Assembly (NCBI RefSeq): GCF_016026235.1
Contig: NZ_CP065613.1
Length of the DNA stretch: 64,000 bases
Strand: one strand, 5' to 3'
Origin: Escherichia coli
GTDB lineage: Bacteria; Pseudomonadota; Gammaproteobacteria; Enterobacterales; Enterobacteriaceae
In this document: one piece after another, positions 58,733-64,000 of the stretch
Numbering within the stretch: position 1 is the stretch's first letter
Layout of the letters: every line of letters starts with the position of its first letter
Made by a program: the position numbers and the translations under genes
The notes under the pieces: model-generated
The model's database searches: none
What the model saw: the letters and a program-made list of their open reading frames with translations, nothing else
What the model was told of the DNA's origin: nothing

Positions 58733-58760
58733 CAAAAAAAACCGCCGAACATGTCGGCGG
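58733..58760 (-). terminator. rho-independent terminator at the end of the nuo operon (possibly bidirectional)
   Basis: ccgccgaacatgtcggcgg hairpin; on the minus strand it is followed by an 8-T run (plus-strand accaaaaaaaa). Confidence 0.7.
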
Positions 58761-58784
58761 CTTTCTGACTTACAAACTGATAGC

Positions 58785-60242
58785 TTACATCAGCGGCATT
58801 GCTAACCGCACAATGCTAATCAGCGGTTGTGGCCATACACCCAGTACCAGTACCAACAGTGCAGAGATCAGCACAACGATACCGCCCGCGCTGTACTGCC
58901 AGTTTGATGGTGCATCGCGACCCGGTTGTTCCGGTGCGTGCAGGTACAGGCTCACCGCCACGCGCAGGTAGTAGTAGAGGCCGATTGCCGAACCGACAAC
59001 CACGGCACCCACCAGCCACCACAAGTGTGCCTGGACACCGACCGCCAGCACGTAGAACTTACCGATAAAGCCCAGCGTCATCGGGATACCGGCCAGAGAC
59101 AGCATCATCACCGTCATCACTGCCGCGAGGATCGGACGATGCCAGAACAGACCGCGGTAAGAGAACAGGGAATCAGCATCCGGGCCACGATACGGGCTGG
59201 ACATCAGGCTGACCACGCCGAACGCGCCGAGGCTGCTGAACAGATAACCGGCCAGGTAAACCCCTACCGCTTCCATCGACATCTCGCCAGTTTGCAGCGC
59301 AATCAGCGCCACCAGCAGATAGCCGAGGTGAGAGATAGATGAGTAACCGAGCAGACGTTTGATATTGGTCTGGCTCAGCGCCATCAGGTTACCGAAGATG
59401 ATGGAGGCAAAGGCGATAATCGCCAGCACCACACGAATCGCTTCGCTGTCACCCACCGGTGCGTAGAGGAACAGACGCATCACTACACCGAAGATAGCGA
59501 TTTTGCTCGCCGTCGCCAGGAAAGTGGAAACCGGCGCAGGCGCGCCCTGGTATACGTCTGGCGTCCACAGGTGGAACGGCACCAGAGAGAGTTTGAAGCC
59601 GAGGCCAACAATCATCAGACCGAAACCTGCCAGCAACAGCGGCTCGTTGAGCATACCGTCGCCGAGGTTTTTACCCAGCGCGACAAACGACAGGTCGCCA
59701 GACTGCGCATACACCAGCGCCATACCGAACAGCAGGAAAGAAGACGCTGCGGCAGAAAGGATGGTGTATTTGATACTGGCTTCCAGCGAACGTTTCTGGC
59801 GGAAAGCGTAACCGACCAGGCCAAACAGCGGCAAAGAGATCAGTTCAATACCGAGGAACAGAGACGCCAGATGGTTGGCATTCGCCAGCAGGATCCCGCC
59901 CAGGGCGGCAATTAACACCAACAGGTAGAACTCATCCTTGTTGTCGTTATAGCCTTCAAGCCACGGGTAGGCGAAAGTACAGGTGGCGAGGCTCGCCAAC
60001 AATACCAGCCCGGTGTAAAGCATGGCGAAACCATCAACGCGCATCAGCGGCGTAACGTCCATAGCGCCCGCCTGGCCAACAAACCAGAGCGAAACCAGCG
60101 CCGCGTTAAGCCCAATAACCGAGAGCGTAGCGTTGAGGAAATGATTGCGTCGCCACGCAATGGAGAGCATCACAACCACCACCGTCAAGCCGACGATCAG
60201 CAACGGTAGCAGTGCGATCAGGTTTTGGGGAGTTATTGTCAT
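58785..60242 (-). CDS. nuoN: NADH-quinone oxidoreductase subunit N
   Basis: 485 aa [57 protein letters not shown]... Confidence 0.97.
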
Positions 60243-60248
60243 GGCGAT

Positions 60249-61778
60249 TTACGGCCTTGTAGTAGTAACGGAATTAACAAACCACTGCTGGATATTGCCA
60301 ATCGCGGAGTGCGAGGTATCCAGAATCGGCTGCGGATAGAAGCCCAGCAGTACCAGCAGCACCACCAGCAACAGGATCATAAACAGCTCACGCAGCGACA
60401 TCCCTGGCAGTTCCTGGCTGGCAATCTGGCTTTTCGCTTTACCGAAGTAAGCGCGATGCAACATCGCCAGCGAATAAACAGATGCAAAGACCAGCCCAAA
60501 GGTAGAAATAACGGTAATCACTGGGACAACCTGGAAGCTGCCGAACAGAATCATAAATTCGCCGACGAAGTTACCGGTGCCAGGCATCCCAAGCGTTGCC
60601 ACCGCAAAGAACAGCGACAGTGCTGGCAGCCATTTCATCTTACTCCACAGACCGCCCATCATGCGCATGTCGCGGGTATGGATACGTTCATAAAGCTGAC
60701 CGCAGAGAATAAACAGACCCGCCGCCGACAAGCCGTGCGCAATCATCTGGATTACCGCGCCCTGGTAGGCCAACTGGCTGCCGGTGTAGATAGCAATCAG
60801 CACGAAGCCCATGTGGGAAACCGAGGTGTAGGCGATCAGACGTTTGATATCGGTCTGGGCGAAGGCCATCCACGCACCGTAGAAGATGCCGATAACACCC
60901 AGCCACATAGCGATTGGCGCGAACTCTGCCGACGCGTTCGGGAACAGCGGTAGGGAGAAACGCAGCAAACCGTAAGCGGCAGTTTTCAGCAAGATCCCCG
61001 CGAGGTCAACGGAACCGGCGGTCGGAGCCTGGGAGTGCGCATCCGGCAGCCAGCCATGCAGCGGAACCACCGGCATTTTGACTGCGAAGGCGATGAAGAA
61101 GCCCAGCATCAACAGATATTCCACACCACTGGACATTGGCGTATTCAGCAGCTCTTCATAGTTGAAGGTCCAGACGCCGGTCGCATTGTAGTGAACAAAA
61201 ACCAGCGCCAGGATGGCGATCAACATCACCAGACCACTCGCCTGGGTGTAAATGAAGAACTTGGTTGCCGCCGTGATACGCGTTTTACCGTCAGAGGCTT
61301 TATGCCCCCACAGTGCGATCAGGAAGTACATCGGCACCAGCATCATTTCCCAGAAGAAGAAGAACAGGAACATGTCGATGGCAAGGAACACGCCGATAAC
61401 GCCGCCCAGGATCCACATCAGGTTGAGGTGGAAGAAGCCCTGATATTTTTCGATCTCTTTCCACGAACAGAGTACCGCCAGCACACCGAGCAGACCGGTC
61501 AGCACGACCATCAGCAGCGACAGCCCGTCAATGGCGAGATGGATAGAGATACCAAAACGCGGGATCCACGGCATGTCGAATTCAGACTGCCACTGCGGAA
61601 TTCCGGCGGATTGCGTCAGTGAATAACCGCCCTGCAACCACAGTTGCAGCGACAGCGCCAGCGTCAATCCCATGGTGATCAGCGCGATCCAGCGCGGCAC
61701 CTTGACGCCAAAGCGTTCGGTCTGCCAGCACAGGAAGCCGCCGATAAAGGGAATTAATATTAGCCAGGGTAGTAACAT
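60249..61778 (-). CDS. nuoM: NADH-quinone oxidoreductase subunit M
   Basis: 509 aa MLLPWLILIPFIGGFLCWQTERFGVKVPRWIALITMGLTLALSLQLWLQGG... Confidence 0.97.
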   Translation of the reverse strand: MLLPWLILIPFIGGFLCWQTERFGVKVPRWIALITMGLTLALSLQLWLQGGYSLTQSAGIPQWQSEFDMPWIPRFGISIHLAIDGLSLLMVVLTGLLGVLAVLCSWKEIEKYQGFFHLNLMWILGGVIGVFLAIDMFLFFFFWEMMLVPMYFLIALWGHKASDGKTRITAATKFFIYTQASGLVMLIAILALVFVHYNATGVWTFNYEELLNTPMSSGVEYLLMLGFFIAFAVKMPVVPLHGWLPDAHSQAPTAGSVDLAGILLKTAAYGLLRFSLPLFPNASAEFAPIAMWLGVIGIFYGAWMAFAQTDIKRLIAYTSVSHMGFVLIAIYTGSQLAYQGAVIQMIAHGLSAAGLFILCGQLYERIHTRDMRMMGGLWSKMKWLPALSLFFAVATLGMPGTGNFVGEFMILFGSFQVVPVITVISTFGLVFASVYSLAMLHRAYFGKAKSQIASQELPGMSLRELFMILLLVVLLVLLGFYPQPILDTSHSAIGNIQQWFVNSVTTTRP

Positions 61779-61866
61779 GGCGATCTTTATTCCTTGTAAA
61801 AGTCCCGTCAGGACCGGATTTTCAACGAATTCTCACGACAGAAAATTCTCTTCGGACTGGGGGTAG

Positions 61867-61904
61867 TGTCGGATGCACCGCGAAGGAGGCTTATCCGACC
61901 TACG
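61867..61904. repeat. degenerate REP-like palindrome in the nuoL-nuoM spacer
   Basis: gtcggatgcaccgcgaaggaggcttatccgacctacg resembles REP; sits in a 163-bp intercistronic gap. Confidence 0.45.
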
Positions 61905-61941
61905 TTCTTATATGCCCAGGGGCAATCCCACAATCCTTAAC

Positions 61942-63783
61942 TCAACGCAGTACCATCAACAGTGCCAGCACCACGACCGCACCGATGCTCATGGATGCCA
62001 CATACCAGCGCAGGTAGCCGTTCTCGCTTAACAGCAGACCTTTACCTGCAAAGCGGGAAAGAACCGCCGGAATGTTCATCATTGAGTTCAGCGGATCGCG
62101 TTTCAGCAACCAGGCAATACCCAGGAACGGCTTGACGAACACTTTGTCGTACAGCCAGTCAAAGCCCCAGGCGTTGTACCACCAGGTGCCCAGCAGACGG
62201 CCCGGCGCACTGTTGGCGATGGAGGTCACCAGAGTACGTTTACCCAGCCACAGCCAGGCAGCCAGCAGAATGCCGACCACCGCGACCACGCCAGAGGTAA
62301 TTTCCAGGGTCAACATGCTGCCGTGCGCCAGCTCCGTAGTTTGCGGAAGCACGCCCTGCAGCGGCGGTACAATCAGTGCGCCAACGAAGGTGGAAAGGAT
62401 CAGCAGCACAATCAGCGGCAGGCTGTGAGTTACCCCTTTCACGGCGTGAGCGTGAATTTGTTCTTTTCCGTGGAAGACGATGAAAATCATACGGAAGGTG
62501 TAGAGCGAGGTCATAAACGCACCGACCAGACCTGCCACCATCAGATTGATATGACCATTCGCCATCGCACCCGCGAGGATCTCATCCTTACTGAAGAAGC
62601 CCGCAGTGACCAGCGGCAGTGCCGACAGTGCTGCGCCGCCCACCAGGAAGCAGAGATAAACCAGCGGAATAGATTTACGCAGACCGCCCATCTTGAAGAT
62701 GTTCTGTTCGTGATGGCAGGCCAGAATGACGGAACCGGATGCCAGGAACAGCAGCGCTTTAAAGAACGCGTGAGTCATCAAGTGGAAAATCGCCGCATCC
62801 CATGCCTGCACGCCAAGCGCGAGGAACATGTAGCCAATCTGGCTCATGGTAGAGTAAGCGAGAACACGTTTGATGTCGGTCTGTACCAGCGCGGCAAAAC
62901 CGGCCAGCAGCAGCGTAACCGCCCCAACAATGCCCACCAGATGCAGAACTTCCGGCGTCATCAGGAACAGGCCGTGGGTACGGGCGATCAGGTAGACACC
63001 CGCGGTTACCATCGTTGCGGCGTGGATCAGCGCGGAGACAGGCGTCGGGCCCGCCATCGCGTCGGCAAGCCATGTCTGCAACGGCAACTGCGCAGATTTA
63101 CCGACCGCACCGCCGAGCAGCATCAGCGTCGCCCACATCAGCATGTTATTGCCGTCAGCAAAGTGCGCTGGTGCCAGTTCCACCATTTCGCGGAAGTTCA
63201 GGGTGCCCAGTTCGTTGTAAAGAATGAACAGTGCGAAAGCGAGGAAAACGTCACCCACACGGGTCACGACGAACGCTTTCATTGCCGCTGCGCCATTCTT
63301 CGGATCGGTGTAATAGAAACCGATCAGCAGATAGGAGCACAGGCCCACGCCTTCCCAGCCGAGGTACATCAGCAGCAGGTTGTCGGCAAGCACCAGAACT
63401 ACCATGCTGGCGATGAACAGGTTGGTGTAGGCGAAGAAGCGAGAGTAGCCCTCTTCACCGCGCATGTACCAGGAGGCGTACATGTGGATTAGGAAACCCA
63501 CACCAGTGACCACCGAGAGCATGGTCAGCGACAGACCGTCCAGCACCAGGTTAAAACCGATGTTAAAGTCGCCTACCGACATCCACGTCCACAGCGGCTG
63601 GCTGTATGCCTGCTCGCCGTTAGCGAAAAAGTCGACGCCGATAAAGGCGGTTACCAGCGCCGCCAGGCCCACAGAGCCTACGCCGACGATCGCCGAGACG
63701 TTTTCAGACCAGCGCCCACGGGAGAACGCCAGCAGGACGAAGCCAATCAATGGCAAAATAATGGTTAAGGCAAGCATGTTCAT
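61942..63783 (-). CDS. nuoL: NADH-quinone oxidoreductase subunit L
   Basis: 613 aa [60 protein letters not shown]... Confidence 0.97.
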
Positions 63784-64000
63784 CCGCGCATCTCACTTAC
63801 TGAATCGATGTTCAGGTTCTGGCGACGACGGTGAAGTTGCAGCAGCAGCGCAAGGCCGATACTCGCTTCTGCCGCCGCGAGGCTGATGGCGAGAATGTAC
63901 ATCACCTGACCGTCGGTCTGGCCCCAGTAGCTTCCGGCGACCACAAAGGCCAGCGCGGAGGCGTTAATCATGATTTCCAGACCAATCAGCATAAACAGCA
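63780..64000 (-). CDS. nuoK: NADH-quinone oxidoreductase subunit K, 3' portion (start lies beyond window end)
   Basis: Track ORF 63780..63992 (from an internal Met) reads [69 protein letters not shown]; the full 100-aa gene would start near 64082. Confidence 0.9.

Noticed and set aside
62323-63492. 389-aa plus-strand ORF antisense to nuoL
   Set aside because: Arg/His/Gln-rich antisense frame of a membrane-protein gene; the sense strand is an intact NuoL.

Overview
The window reads as a contiguous stretch of Escherichia coli chromosome, collinear with the K-12 gyrA-nrdAB-glp-rhm-arn-men-nuo region, and I found no CRISPR array, prophage, integron or obviously novel multi-gene system in it. Gene order is yfaS-yfaT-yfaA, gyrA, ubiG, yfaL, nrdA-nrdB-yfaE, inaA, glpQ-glpT / glpABC, rpnB(yfaD)-ypaA, rhmRDTA, yfaY, yfaZ, nudI, ais, arnBCADTEF, pmrD, menFDHBCE, elaB, elaA, rbn, elaD, yfbM and nuoNML plus the start of nuoK. 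Identification rests on recognising the translated ORFs; no search was run. Every stretch longer than about 300 bp is accounted for by a recognisable gene, insertion sequence or REP repeat. The parts worth a second look are strain-specific: (1) a variant IS1 with a perfect 9-bp target duplication 32 bp upstream of the yfaL autotransporter start; (2) an IS4 with a 12-bp target duplication splitting an MFS transporter gene that sits divergent to an intact LysR regulator, with the IS4 transposase itself frameshifted; (3) a tandem duplication at the 3' end of rpnB/ypaA in which each copy carries its own Shine-Dalgarno and ATG; (4) a decayed yfbL remnant between elaD and yfbM; (5) an yfaS reading frame that appears open across the window. 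Long antisense ORFs in the supplied track (opposite gyrA, nrdA, menB/menC, nuoL) are treated as artefacts. The ORF track accepts ATG, GTG and TTG starts and omits ORFs whose stop lies outside the window, so yfaS and nuoK were placed by hand.
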